From Podarcis muralis (Eukaryota), in assembly GCF_964188315.1 (NCBI RefSeq), contig NC_135664.1, forward strand, positions 31,806,001-31,870,000: 64,000 bases of DNA. The letters run 5' to 3'. The notes beneath the pieces were generated by a model that saw only the letters and a program-made list of their open reading frames with translations, was not told the DNA's origin and searched no databases. Of the stretch, positions 23,951-36,800 are shown one piece after another. The position numbers and the translations under genes were made by a program. Numbering within the stretch: position 1 is the stretch's first letter; each line of letters starts with the position of its first letter.

Positions 23951-25540
23951 ACAATCGTGAAGCATAATGATGCTACACAGACAACACACTGTGAGTCAGG
24001 ATGCCTCTGGAAGGAGAATGAAACATAAGCTCTCACTAGGTGGACGCATTTATCCTTAGCCTTTCATAAATAATCCACCATAATCTTACCAAATACAACA
24101 CATGGCTCTATATTACTCAATTTATCAAAGTATTTTACAGCCTCTTATCAAAGCTAAGCAAATTAACTTGCCCATTTACACTTCATTCACAAAATAATGA
24201 GGTGGAACGGTGGTAATGACAGCTTTTCTAACCCTTGCAGACCAACCTAACACTCTTCTTGTGGTTAAAAAAAAAGTCTAGAAAGATCTGGGTATAAAAC
24301 TTCAAAGACTGACTTGAGATCTCCTTTATGATGTTTGGGGGATTGCTTGGGTACAGTAATGCTTTTTAGCCTTCTTATCTATTTTCTTAAAACAAGATGG
24401 GGAAATTTAAAAGACTCTAGGTCATGGCGGATTACTATTTAAAATGTGTATTATTATGGATAAACCTCACACTTTTAAATGGTCAAACATGGCAGGAAAG
24501 AGACAATCCCAACTAAAGGTTTTCTTTTGAAATGGGTTTGGACTTTGAAGAATTTCTAGGGGCAAAGTAGATCGATAGTGGGAGATCATCACCAAATAAC
24601 TCCAGTCTACAAGTTTTTGAAATTTGGCGGAGCATCAGAATAGCCAAGGCAGCTTTTTCAGATTATCTCGGAGACAGTGATGATTGAGGAATTCAATCTT
24701 AATTTATTCCCATTCAAACAGATCTGAACTGCACCTCCCAGAGCAATGAGTAAATTGGAACAGAGCTACCTTTTGATTTCCCACCTGCTTTCTGATGCAG
24801 TTCCCAACTCTCAATAATGTACCAAACTGTATTTACAAATGCTTATAGTTGGACAAAATGTGTACTGGTGCTTATATTAGGACAAAATGTTTACTTTGAG
24901 ATAAAATGTGTTAAAAATATGTATTCAAATACAAGAAAATTTGTATTTTATTTTATTTTTTTTAATTGATGCAGAAATAGGACAGAATAAAGGTACGAAT
25001 GAGTACATACAATGAGCACACACAAGGGTAGACTTATCCATCCATCCTTATTCAGAGATGATAGAGCTCAGCTGTTTAGGACTTTCCAGCTAAAGTACAA
25101 CTCAATGGGGAGCTAATGCAGATGCTGGAGCACAAATGTAATGGTTCCCACTGACTCTTCTAAACTGTTTGTCAACATCTGGAATCCATGAATGTCTTGC
25201 AAGGGTACTGTGAAATTTTATGAACTCCGGTCCTTTACCCCAGGTAATTACGGTACTTATTTCCAGCTCTTACACACATACTCTCTCTTTACTTTGAGTA
25301 AAGGGGTTTGGGATTCCATGGAATGGCGTTGCATTTCATTTCTCAATGAAAAAAATGGTTAAAAACCACAGTTCTGAACAAACTTCAATAACATGCACTT
25401 TAGCAGTTAAGCTTTTGAGGGTATGAAGGCATGCCTGACAATTGTCAGAAACAGATGAAAAAGAAAGGGGTGTTGCCTTTTTATATTGCATTATGCTTGG
25501 AATGACTCCTCATCCTACATCTGGTCCAACAATGGCTATA

Positions 25541-25911
25541 GGATGCGGGTGGCGCTGTGGTCTAAACCACTGAGCCTCTTGGGCTTGCCAATCAGAAGTT
25601 CGGCAGTTCGAATCCAACAACGGGGTGACCGTTGCTCGGTCCCAGCTCCTGCCTACCTAGCAGTTCAAAAGCATGTCAGTGCAAGTAGATAAATAGATAC
25701 CACTGTGGTGGGAAGGTAAATGGCATTTCCGTGAGCTCTGGTTTCCATCATGGTGTTCCATTGCGGCAGAAGCGATTTAGTTATGCTGGCCACATAACCC
25801 GGGAAGCTGTCTGTGGACAAATGCCGGCTCCCTCAGCCTGAAAGCAAGATGAGCGCCGCAACCCCATAGTCACCTTTGACTGGACAACTGTCCAGGGGTC
25901 CTTTACCTTTA
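25541..25911 (+). mobile_element. Sauria SINE, near full length
   Basis: tRNA-like head ggatgcgggtggcgctgtgg...gttcgaatcc, body gtgcaagtagataaatag, tail ggggtcctttaccttt. Confidence 0.92.
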
Positions 25912-27062
25912 TCATAGGAGCATCAAGTTTGCAAAGTCTACTCTAAGCAGCAAGAGCAGCAAGAGCAGGATGAACACAAGAATACATTCCACTGTCAACA
26001 TAAGTATGCCCCCCCCCTCTAAACACTTCTGCAGTCCACAGTACCTGTCACCCACCATTATTTAAGTCTTCTTTTGAACCCTTCTGTTTCAGGTCAGCTA
26101 CATTCATTTTCCAGTCACATTTAAATGATGTCCATTGATTTCAATTGAGTATATCTAATGTTGAATATCACTGTACATATTAGATTTAATCAGTGCCTAT
26201 CCCTCTATATTGCAGTTGACCTTGAGGTTTCAAAGAATTTTAATCAAACTAGGTTAAACTTCTTGAGTATATCAATGCATTCAATGCCACTCATTAGTTA
26301 TTGCCGATAGCAATATGTCTTTCGCCTATGTTTCAGATCTCGTTGGTTACATTTTTGTGTGCAGGTATGGAAGCTTTGCCAATCTAATCTCTGCACAAAT
26401 AGCTGGTGTGTATCGAAAAGAAGGTGATGCACTACAAAGGACAGTTTGTAGAAAGGTTAATGCAAGCCCATGTAATGTCAACCATTCCAAATATCTGATT
26501 CTTTGAAAGTTCTAAATACCTTCTATGCTATTTGGTGCAAAAAGCTACTTGTAAGAGTCCTGTTGTTGTTGCTGTTGAAAATGGGTGCCATATGATTATA
26601 CTTGCTTTACTTAAGTCTTCAGTTCAGAATGTAATATTCATACTAATTACCATTCAATTTTTTCCACCAAAGTGAAATATTTTTTTTGAAAGGAGATACA
26701 AAGTACATTTACTAATATGTCATTTTGCTAAGTGTTCGTTTTGCTAAGTGTTCAGAAGAGCAGTACACAGCACAGCTTCCTCTTCTTGTGGTTGGAATAA
26801 TATTGTTTCTGGGATAACAATTTTATTTTTAAAATATGCAAAGGGATTTATACATAGTTGATGGTAAAGGGTTAACTGCCTGTAAACTGTTGAGTTTTGC
26901 CAAGAGCTGTGGAAATAACAGTGTTAGCAGCAGGGGGTACCTGAATAACAGTTAAACTGTCATTGTTTACAATTGGTCAAACCAGGGTTAGTTCTGTGAG
27001 TGCAGGTTCTGTCAATTATATATACAGGGGAATAATAATAATAATAATAATAATAATAGATT

Positions 27063-27476
27063 TGATTCAATCCTAGTTAAAGGTAAATGAAGGGGACAGA
27101 CTTCCACCCAAATGATGGGGAATAGGAGGTCCTTGTATAGTGAGAAGAAAAAGACCAAGTTCTTGTCAACGGATGAGAGTATCTGAGAGAGTAAAGAGTG
27201 GCTGGTGGTCTGCTGAAGAAAGAGCAGTAACATGGGCATGGAGGCACACAGAGAGGCTGAGCTGACACCACTGCCTGGAGCAGAGGAAGGTCTGTGGGGA
27301 AGGGCATGTGCCTCTGAAGGCAGCATTCAAGAGAAGTTCTACAGCCAAGTGTAAGAGGCATGGCTGAGAACCTGAGGCAACATCAGTTGGTGGACCAGAA
27401 GGAAGACTGCAGTAGTCTTCAAACAGACCCGATTAAAGACTGCAAGAAGACTTCTCAGTTTTGTTGATACGTAACA
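27063..27476 (+). mobile_element. Probable solo LTR remnant
   Basis: Purine-rich block ending ATTAAA...gtaaca. No clear TSD. Confidence 0.35.
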
Positions 27477-27680
27477 ATTACCTGGGGAGGAGTGATATAA
27501 GATTTGAAGGGGGGGGGGGACCTGACATATCTATCCTTGCAAAGTAACAGGAATCCAGTATTGCATTTGCTGTATCATTTAGAGTGAGAGTAACCATAGA
27601 GTGGAAATGATTTTTATTTACAACAACTGCAGCAAAGTGAAGTAACCCAAGTGGTTTATTAGGTAAGTATACATACAAAT

Positions 27681-27916
27681 TCCTGCCAACCTAGCAGTTC
27701 GAAAGCACATCAAAGTGCAAGTAGATAAATAGGTACCGCTCCGGTGGGAAGGTAAATGGCATTTCCGTGCACTGCTCTGGTTCGCCAGAAGCGGCTTAGT
27801 CATGCTGGCCACATGACCTGGAAGCTGTACGCCGGCTCCATCGGCCAATGAAGTGAGATGAGCAACCCCAGAGTCGTCCGCGACTGGACCTAATGGTCAG
27901 GGGGTACTTTTACCTT
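27681..27916 (+). mobile_element. Sauria SINE, 5'-truncated
   Basis: TSD ACATACAAAT at 27671-27680 and 27917-27926. SINE body and tail present. Confidence 0.92.
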
Positions 27917-28701
27917 ACATACAAATATCACCATCAGTTTATACTGATAACTATTTTGATTTGTTTTCATATTTGGATCTCTGTTCTGTTCTATGCTTAG
28001 CTACAGCTACTAGTAAGTAAACCGATGAAGAAAATAAATGGTATTGATATATATGGTAGCAGCAGTAATAAAGGGGTTAGGAAAAAGAAGAAATAGGTCA
28101 CAGCTAAGGGGGGGGGGACTAATGTGTGAGGCACCTCTCCATAATACTATGTAATAAAGTAATAGAAGGGTTCTCATAGCTCTTACTACTACTCCTAGTT
28201 CCATCATATTTTGGCTTTCCCCATGGCTTTACTTATGTTAGAGGGCAATAATTTACAGTATTGCTTCTCTTGATTTTTTGTTTTAAAGGATCTAGTTTGG
28301 GCAAGCAGTAAATCATATTTAGCTGATGCTTAAGTATGCTCCTTAAGTACTTTCCTTCATGTGGATATTTTTCTTTACTCAGGTCTTTTATGACAGTTAC
28401 TACATATTTGTTGTTTAACTCGTCTAATAAATTCCCACTTCTTCACATTTTGCTGAGCTGCATCATCATTCAAATGTCATGGTGGTTTAAATGTATTATC
28501 CAGGAAAAAGTTCAGAGTGCCTTAGAAGCTGTTCACATAAAACTAAACCTGCACATAATACTATTGCACGTAATTGCAATTACTTCCTCTAGCATACTAA
28601 AAAAAATTCAGTACTTCCCAGCTGCCCATAACGTAGAAAAAATATGTTGCTTCCTGAAGGATGCGAGTTGACTCTTTATCCTATATGCATTGACAACATT
28701 T

Positions 28702-29019
28702 AGGTAAAGGTAAAGGGACCCCTGCCCATTAGTTCCAGTCGTGGCCGACTCTGGGGTTGCGGTGCTCATCTCGCTTTATTGGCCGAGGGAGCCAGCGTAC
28801 ATCTTCCGGGTCATGTGGCCAGCCACTTCTGACGAACCAGAGGAGCACATGGAAACACCGTTTACCTTCCCGCCGGAATAGATACCTATTTATCTACTTG
28901 CACTTTGACATGCTTTCGAACTGCTAGGTTGGCAGGAGCAGTGATTGAGTAACGGGAGCTCACCCCATCGCGGGGATTTGAACCGCCGACCTTCTGATCG
29001 ACAAGTCCTAGGCTCTGTA
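28702..29019 (-). mobile_element. Sauria SINE
   Basis: Reverse-complement tail aggtaaaggtaaagggacccc and SINE body. Confidence 0.9.
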
Positions 29020-29175
29020 GCCAGTTTAGAAATAAGGAGTAAGTATGGGTGAGTTTCAGACTCACATTCTCCCCTCTCCTCCTTGGGTGGAAGTTTTTGC
29101 TTCCATTTTTAAATAACTGTAGTTACTAATCTTGTTCAAACTGTAGCTAGTGTTAAATACGGTTAAGGAAAAGTC

Positions 29176-29706
29176 TGTCACGAGCCCTGTGGAAATGTCT
29201 TGGTAGGGCTAGTCAGATGAGGAAGGGGGGATGGAATGAGAACACAGAATTGGATCCTGAGGAAGCCCTTAGGACTTTGGGAAGTGCTGATCTACATGCT
29301 GAAGAGGGGCCCAGTGAGTTGCTATCGGATATGACACCAGCTGGCTCAACTACTGTGCTTGAGCCACTTGGCTTGTCTCCAGCATCACTTCCTGCCAGTG
29401 AAGTGCTCACTTCCTCCAGAGAGGTGCCTGCAGATAGTGAGCTAGTGATATCAACCCTGCTTCCTGCAAAAAGGAAATGGCAATGGCACCAGAAGACCAA
29501 GCCTACTTGTAGGAGTGCCCACTCGCTTCCCCAGTTCTGTGGTTTGAGAAGCTGGCTATGTAAATGGCTGTGCCCACCCTGCTCTTCAAAGTGGGAGCCA
29601 AGGGGGCATGTCAAGTATTGGGGAAATGACTTAGCTTATGCCTAGCTATGTATCCTGGAGCTCTGCCGTGATTTCTGAATGATGTAACCTGATCCATGTT
29701 CAGACA
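29176..29706 (+). mobile_element. Solo LTR of the purine-rich U3 class; 3' end uncertain
   Basis: Starts TGTCA. Acidic reading frame 29217-29645 (WNENTELDPEEAL...). Confidence 0.5.
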
Positions 29707-30512
29707 CTGTGGTGAATCATGGAATAATGCTTTTAATAATGATGACCCAGTTGAGAGTGTGAGTAGCAAGTTCACAAGTGGGAGTCAGGATAATGCCAGG
29801 ATCATAAACATGTGGGAGATTAGCAGCCAAACCTAACAAATGCAAATTCTTACTAGTTAGCATGAGAAGAGGCTAAGCTGTATTACTGATATCTATCAGT
29901 AATAGATACTGTATTGCTGATAAATAGATAGATAGGTAGACCATAGAAATACAATTGGAAGAGAAGGCTCTGTGTGATGTCATTTTCTCCTCCGCTCCTG
30001 GAGAGGAAGGAACATACACTACTTCCTCTTCCTCTCTATCTTACTTCAACCACCCAGGAGGGCAAAAGTGCCCTGTGCTTGCTGTATCTCAGGCAGATGC
30101 CTGTAGCTGGTTATACTGTACATATAAGTATTTTCCCTACATAGTTTTTACTACGGTGAACAAAAGCATGATTATAAATTAAGTCAATCTTATTTTTAAG
30201 CTTACTTCCCCAGTTGTTGCCTTATTCTTTATTAAGCGAGATAAGAAAGGGAGAGCCAGCTTGCTTCATAGCTGGGCTTGCTCAAAACACGGTTTTACAG
30301 CATAATTCCTATGCTTTTAATTTTGCTGCCAGTGATGGGGTTTTGAAACCCTGTTCAACCCACACATGTGGGCACCTGGAGGGATAAATTGCCATTAAAA
30401 TACCGGTATCCTCTCCTACCCATTAAAACCCATCCCACAAAACCAATGTTTGAAGTTGATGTTGTCCTAAACCATGGTTGTGACTAACCACATTTTGTTT
30501 AAGTTCAGACAT

Positions 30513-30895
30513 AGTAATAATAATAATCACAAAAAATTATTTATACCCTGCCCTCCCTGGCCAGAGTCGGGCTCAGGGCGGCTAACACCAATAAAATTAC
30601 AATAAAACATAATAGGGAGGGGGGGACGACGACAAAAACCAGCTTATTAAAATACAGGTTAAAATACAATTTAAAATGCAGCCTCATTTTAATAGTAGCC
30701 CATAAATCAAAACCATAAGGGGAGGGAAACATAAGGGTCAGACTGAGTCCAAACCAAAGGCCAGGTGGAACAGCTCTGTCTTGCAGGCCCTGCAGAAAGA
30801 TGTCAAGTCCCACAGGGCCCTAGTCTCTTGTGACAGAGCGTTCCACCAAGTCGGGGCCAGTACTGAAAAGGCCCTGGCCCTAGTTGAGACCAATG
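30513..30895 (-). mobile_element. L2-type LINE 3' fragment
   Basis: (AAT)n tail then ttataccctgccc...gggcggct, and a ttccacc...gaaaaggccct segment like the other L2 copies. Confidence 0.65.
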
Positions 30896-31995
30896 TGTAT
30901 GTGTATAATATGTGTAACCACTGCTATTTGAAAACTGAAGTGAAACCTTCCAGTCTCATTGCATTTATGTCCAGTGTTCTTGCATTTATGCATGGGAATG
31001 GGAATCTTAGTCCTCAGTAATATCTTCCTACCATGTAGTTCTTACAAGAAGAGGCATTGCTTATAGGAACAGAGCAGAGCATCCTTCTCTGTGAAAGTTT
31101 TAATTTCAAGAAGAAATCAAAGTACAGGAAACTGAAAATGAACACCTCTTTGGTCCGCCTAGCTCAGTACACTGATTGGCAGCAGCTCCCTAAAGTTTAA
31201 AGCAGAAAGTGCTCCTAAGCCAATATGGAAATTCCAGGGACTGAACCCGGAATCTTCTGCAACTCTACCACTGAGCTACAGCCCTTCCCCAAGGGCAGTA
31301 AGCACAATTCAGTTGTGCTTTTCCTCCACTGCTTTGTTACAAGCCATGTGAAGATGCTCTAAATTACGAGTTATGTAAGGAGAATCAAATCACATTTTGT
31401 TTCATAGCTTATTTATAAGCCCTAGGGAGAATATCAAGGTTTGATGAGTTAAGAGATCTGTTTTAGTGAGCGTGTTTTAATATAGTGTCGTCTGTGTACC
31501 TTCATATAACATTGTTACTACTGTATACTGCCATTGGCTGCTTGTTTTTATAGGGGCATTGAATGTTATTAGCTGCAAAATATTTTTAAACCATCTTTGC
31601 TAAAAATTAAATAACCTTTTAAAAATAGATTTTGCTACAGAACAGGAGACATAGTGAACTGCTGTTATGAAGCAATGTTCCTGGCTCTAAACATGAGCTT
31701 GCTACTGCACACCTCTGCTCAAGCATTGGTTAAACACTGCCTGGAAAGCACCACTTATGCAAAAAAATTGTGGGATGGTATGTGGCCCCAGGAAGGTTGC
31801 TTAGAAAGGAATGCAGACCTTGGTATGAAAAAGACTCCCCAACTAGATCAGGATCTAGGGGATACCTGCTGCTCCTCCACAAACTGAACTTAGGTAGTCT
31901 TTCAGGGAGGAAGCTGTGAAGGTTAACAAGGTCCTGCACTAATTGATGAACCCCTGCTAAGCTACAAAGAAACCCTGGGGGTTCCCCTGGACATA

Positions 31996-32456
31996 CCGTA
32001 TTTTTCACTCTATAGGAAGCACTTTTCCCCCTCCAAAAATGAAGGGGAAATGTGTGTGCGTCCTATGGAGCGAATGCAGGCTTTCGCTGAAGCCTGGAGA
32101 GCGAGAGGGGTCGGTGCGCACCGACCCCTCTCGCTCTCCAGGCTTCAGGAAGCTATCCGCAAGCCTTCGGAGCTCGGCGGGAGTTCCTGCCGGGCTCCCA
32201 AGGCTTGCGGATAGCAGCCTGCTTCCCAAAGCCCGGGGAGCGCTTCGCAGCGCACCCTGGGCTTTGGGCAGATATCCGCAAGCCTTGGGAGCCCGGCAGG
32301 AACTCCCGCCGAGCTCCGAAGGCTTGCGGATAGCAGCCTGTTCTGGGGGCTGGGGTCAGGGGAAGCTCGGGCTGGGGGGGGGAATAATTTTTTACCCCCC
32401 CAAAAAAACTAGGTGCGCCCTATGGGCCGGTGCGCCCTATAGAGCGAAAAATACGG
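31996..32456. mobile_element. Tc1/mariner (pogo/Tigger-like) MITE with CCGTATTTTTC termini and palindromic interior
   Basis: TIRs ccgtatttttcactctatagg / cctatagagcgaaaaatacgg. TA duplication at 31994-95 and 32457-58. Confidence 0.88.
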
Positions 32457-33640
32457 TATCTTTGAAAACCACTGTGTTAGGACAATAAAGGGCTTCCATT
32501 TAGTAGCTTTTATGTGTGATGGAAAAGATACTCACAGCTACCAAAGAACTGAATTTGAAGAGGCATAAAACTTCTACATAAAGCATAAAATGTGCAGTAC
32601 TGGTGCATACACTGTTCCACATTGTTTCAGCAGGGTCTGCATGGTCCCACTTAAATAAATATTATATTATTTCACAGAATTTATACAATGATTGCAAAAA
32701 AGACTCAAAGCCGTTTACAAATAGAGCTTACAGAGCAGCAATGGTAGGTGGCACATGCTCAGTGTTTGAGAAAAGTCCACCTATTCTCGTAGTAATAATT
32801 TGCTAACATTTGCAGCTGCTGCCTTCCTGGTTTAGCTTCCTGAAGCCCCCTTAAGAGGCATAAAAGGCAGACTTTCAGATTACTACTGAGAATTCTTCTA
32901 AGTATCTTCTGTCAGCGAGATTCATAAAGGACTTGCAGCGTTTGAAAATACTGTATAATGAAATAAGGCAGAACCAGGCTAGTTTTTCACCAGTGTTGAA
33001 AAGCTCAACAACAGAGCGAAAATACAACTGAAAGCAAAAGCATCATGTGCCAACACATTTCAAAGGCAAAAATAAAAGGAACTGCAACACTAAAAAATAA
33101 AATAAATGAGCCAGACAGGCAAAACTACTGTTACTTTCTGCTAGCAACATGCATGTAATTAAAAGCTGTGGGGTTTAATGTAATCTCAAAGTAAGCGATC
33201 TCTCTGTAATCTTAAAAGCAGGGAATCTGTCTATCCCCAAAAAACAGCTTCCATTTGCTACTGCATATGGTTAAAGATATGTAATTCCATTCAGGCTTTG
33301 TACTTTTCCGATTAGTCATAGCGATGATCTTCCTGCTGTCAGGGTTTGACAATTAAAAAGCATTGACTGCAACCTCTTATTTGCAGGAAAGCAAATGGGG
33401 GAAGAACTGCTATGAGCAGGACTATGGGGCAGTCAGTAAAATTAAATTGGGGGATTAAAGATGGGGAGGGGTCATACCCCATTGGCAGACCATGAAAGCT
33501 GTTGGGGCCAGTGTTAGCACCAGGCATCTTTGGCCCCTCCCAGCTGCTCGATCTGGCTACCATTGTTCTGGAGCATTGTGAGAGAAATTACAAGGTGGCT
33601 AGACACAACTGTCCAGAGCATCTCTTGGAGCAATATAGTA

Positions 33641-33894
33641 CAGTGGACACTCTGGTTGCGAACGTGATCCGTGCGGGAAGCACGTTTGCAACCCGCAGCG
33701 TCCGCAACCCGCCGCGTCGCGTCTGTGCACGCACATGTCATGATTTGGTCTTCTGCGCATGCGCAAAGCACAATTTAGCACTTCTGTGCATGCGCAAAAA
33801 CTCAGAAGTAACCCGTTCCGGTACTTCCAGGTTTGGTGCGGCGCGCAACCCAAAGTCGCGCAACCCAAAGCGCCTGTAACCCGAGGTATGACTG
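33641..33894. mobile_element. Tc1/mariner-type MITE (CAGTGGAC...ATGACTG)
   Basis: Imperfect TIRs, TA flanks on both sides, internal gcgcatgcgc palindromes. Confidence 0.8.
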
Positions 33895-34326
33895 TAACAG
33901 AAACAGCGCACCAAGACCCACTGAGAGAGGAGGAGGCCCATGAGAAGACTTAGCCCTAGACCCTCTTCAAAGCTAGAGTCAGCTGTGCAAAAGGCGCCAT
34001 GTTTAATCTCTGTCATTGCCTATTAAAAGGACTGGGAATGACTCCTGAAAGCAAAGCCGAACTGAGTAGAGACTACTGGACTAGGTGGGCCTACACACTG
34101 TCTCAGTGCTCCCTATCTGTGTTGCCCTTCTTCCAGGCTTTTGCAGACAAACCTGTTTACACAGACAGTCCTTTGCTCTCTCAACCTCAGTCTCCTCTTT
34201 CCATTATTGTATTGTTTTAATCAGATTGCATTTTTTTTTTTTTTGCTTATTTTAATGTAAGTTTATGTTTTAACATTTTAACCTATCTTTAATCAGGTTT
34301 TGCACACTAGTAGAAATTCATGTTTT

Positions 34327-34371
<45 letters not shown>

Positions 34372-34373
<2 letters not shown>

Positions 34374-34664
34374 TTTCGTAGATTTTCACGGGTACATGAA
34401 TGCAGGTTTTGGTGTTCTCGGGTGTCTTCCCGTGTAAAAGTTGGGGTGTCTAGGCGACGTTTCGACGAGGTCTCACTCGTCATCTTCAGGCTGGTGCTTT
34501 CGGCTTCTTGTTACTGGAACAGAGCAGGATCTCAGTGTTTGAGTTCCTATAAATACTGTTGATGGGGTGTGGTGTATAGCCTCCAATGTTCTGGACAAAA
34601 GAAGAAAAGGCACACTAGCCTGGGAACTTCCTCTCTGCCCAGAACATTGGACACCAAAACCTGC
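34372..34664 (-). mobile_element. Penelope-like element terminal fragment embedded in (TA)n
   Basis: Carries a CTGAAGA...GAAACGTC hammerhead-type core. Flanked by (TA)n at 34330-34371 and 34665-34688. Short inverted copies of internal sequence lie at the right end. Confidence 0.7.
34450..34495 (-). ncRNA. Minimal type I hammerhead ribozyme-like motif
   Basis: Minus strand reads agc CUGAAGA U GACGAG-ugagac-CUCGUC GAAA C GUC gc. Perfect 6-bp stem II, palindromic ACGU stem III, only ~2 bp of stem I. Confidence 0.6.
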
Positions 34665-35003
34665 ATATATATATATATATATATATATGAACATCTAAGT
34701 TAATGATGTTACTTGGGAAATAAGGGACAAATCTGCAACAGGAAGCTGCATAATAAGAAAATGTAGAAGCATATCTGCAACATTAAAGTAAAAAAAGCAG
34801 TCCGTGCTTTTAAAATGCTAATTATGAGAAGAGAAGATTCACTGAAAAGAGAAGCCGTTTCACTGATACAATGATATTAATCTCTGTGTGAAAACTGCAA
34901 GACAATATTCCATTTCCTTTGTTGAAAGTTAACCTAAGTACAGGAATTGCAACTGCCAGGTGAGGCATGGATGTGATTTGTGCAGCAGCAACCCAGCTAC
35001 AAA

Positions 35004-35223
35004 TTACAGATGCTTCAGGTTACAGACTCCACTAACCCAGAAATAGTACCTCAGGTTAAAAACTTTGCTTCAGGATGAGAACAGAAATCACGCAGCGGTG
35101 GTGGTGGTGCAGCGGCAGCCGCGGGAGGCCCCATGAGCTAAAGTGGTACCTCAGGTTAAGAACAGTTTCAGGTTAAGAACAGACCTCCAGAATGAATTAA
35201 GTTCTTAACCTGAGGTACCACTG
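35004..35223. mobile_element. CAGTGGTACCTC-family MITE, one end truncated
   Basis: Reverse orientation of the copy at 44434-44675. Ends gaggtaccactg|ta. Confidence 0.85.
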
Positions 35224-36666
35224 TACTGTACTGTTCAGCAGTCCTTAAGTGAAGAAGAACCCATGAAGGGTATGAGGAATTATATACCTTTTATCAGCAG
35301 ATATTAGGGAAATAAAACAAAAATACTTGGACTCGGGCCTGAAGAGTTGACAGCAGACTCTGGTACAAATAGGTTTTGTTCTTTAAAAAGGCCTAGTGGA
35401 ATGACGTAAAAGGTCAACATGATACACATCCTTCTATAGGCCTATCTTATTAAAATCACTGGAAGAAATCCAGATTTTTACTTCCAAGCTCATAAATCTC
35501 AGTGACTTAAAAGGAATTTATAAGCTTGTAAGTAGCTACAGAATAGTGCCCTTTGCTGTGCACACTTAAATTAGCTTTGGGTTTTCAATTCATCACATGC
35601 TGTTCCCACTTCACCTGCATGGCAATTTAAATGGACAAAATGAGTATTAAAGTCTCTATGCACTAGTGATAAGATGACTGTTCATTTGAAAGTTAACTTT
35701 TTAAAAATAAATAAATCATGAACTGGACTCATTTTAGGAATGAAACAGAAAATGGCTAGCCTAATGAGCAGCCCCTAGGCATGGATGTTAAAACCTCAGA
35801 GCCTTTTTCAGGCACAGAAGACAAGAGTCAGCAGTACCGACTCCTACAGACAGCGCCCTGGTTTGCACATTAACAATAAGCCATACTTAGACATAAACTG
35901 TTGCTTATTGTAAAACAGTAGTGCTTTGGTGCATGCAGCTCAAACACTCCTGCTTCACCCCACTTGCCCTTAGGAGAAACAAACCACAAAGCCTGGCCTA
36001 GTGTTACGTGTGAACCAGTGCCCATGGGTTGCTTCTATCCAAGCAAACTGCACGTAGAAGCCAAGGTTTGTTTTTGACTTACTGCTCATGGTTTGTTTGG
36101 GAGAAACAAACAAGTATTGGGTTGCATAGAATGCTAAGCTAAGCATCACCGTTTGTTTCTTCGGGAGGCAGGCAGAGAAGGGCAGGGCCAGAGTGACTGA
36201 GCAGTGTGTACCAGCAAGGCACTCATTTGTGGCAAGTCATGGCTTATTTATGACCATGGATAACCATTAGCCATGAATGAGGCCAGTATTAAGCCTCTGG
36301 ATTGGCTGGGCCTCCAGCAGCTGATCTCCGGAACCACGGCTTGCAGGGCATACACAACCATTCAAAATGTTCCATTCCACTTTCCACTATAATATGTCTC
36401 ACATTAAAACAGATTTCCACTTCCTCTCCTTTCCCTTAGCCCATAACAACTGCTCCAGAGGATTCCCCAACCTTCTGAAGGACCTTGTGAGGGTGTCTGG
36501 GCAGCTTGAGTGGGTAGTTTCACTGTGCAGGTGGAAGTCTTCTTGAGCAGAACGGAAGTATTGGATACAACCCAATGTTAAGATAACAGCAACAAACAGC
36601 AACAACTAACAAAAAGAAATTAAATAATATGGATAAACATTAGCAGCCAGAGAGAAACCCCAGGTG

Positions 36667-36800
36667 NNNNNNNNNNNNNNNNNNNNNNNNNNNNNNNNNN
36701 NNNNNNNNNNNNNNNNNNNNNNNNNNNNNNNNNNNNNNNNNNNNNNNNNNNNNNNNNNNNNNNNNNNNNNNNNNNNNNNNNNNNNNNNNNNNNNNNNNNN
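36667..36800. other. Assembly gap (134 N)
   Basis: Run of n. Confidence 0.99.

Noticed and set aside
31996-32456. CRISPR-like or other prokaryotic-type repeat system
   Set aside because: No regularly spaced direct repeats with unique spacers anywhere in the window. All repeats are explained by TEs or microsatellites.
35828-35859. REST/RE1 site (TCAGCA...GACAGCGCC)
   Set aside because: Left half is imperfect and the spacer is much longer than in canonical RE1 sites.
36667-36800. Biological feature at the N run
   Set aside because: Assembly gap; content unknown.
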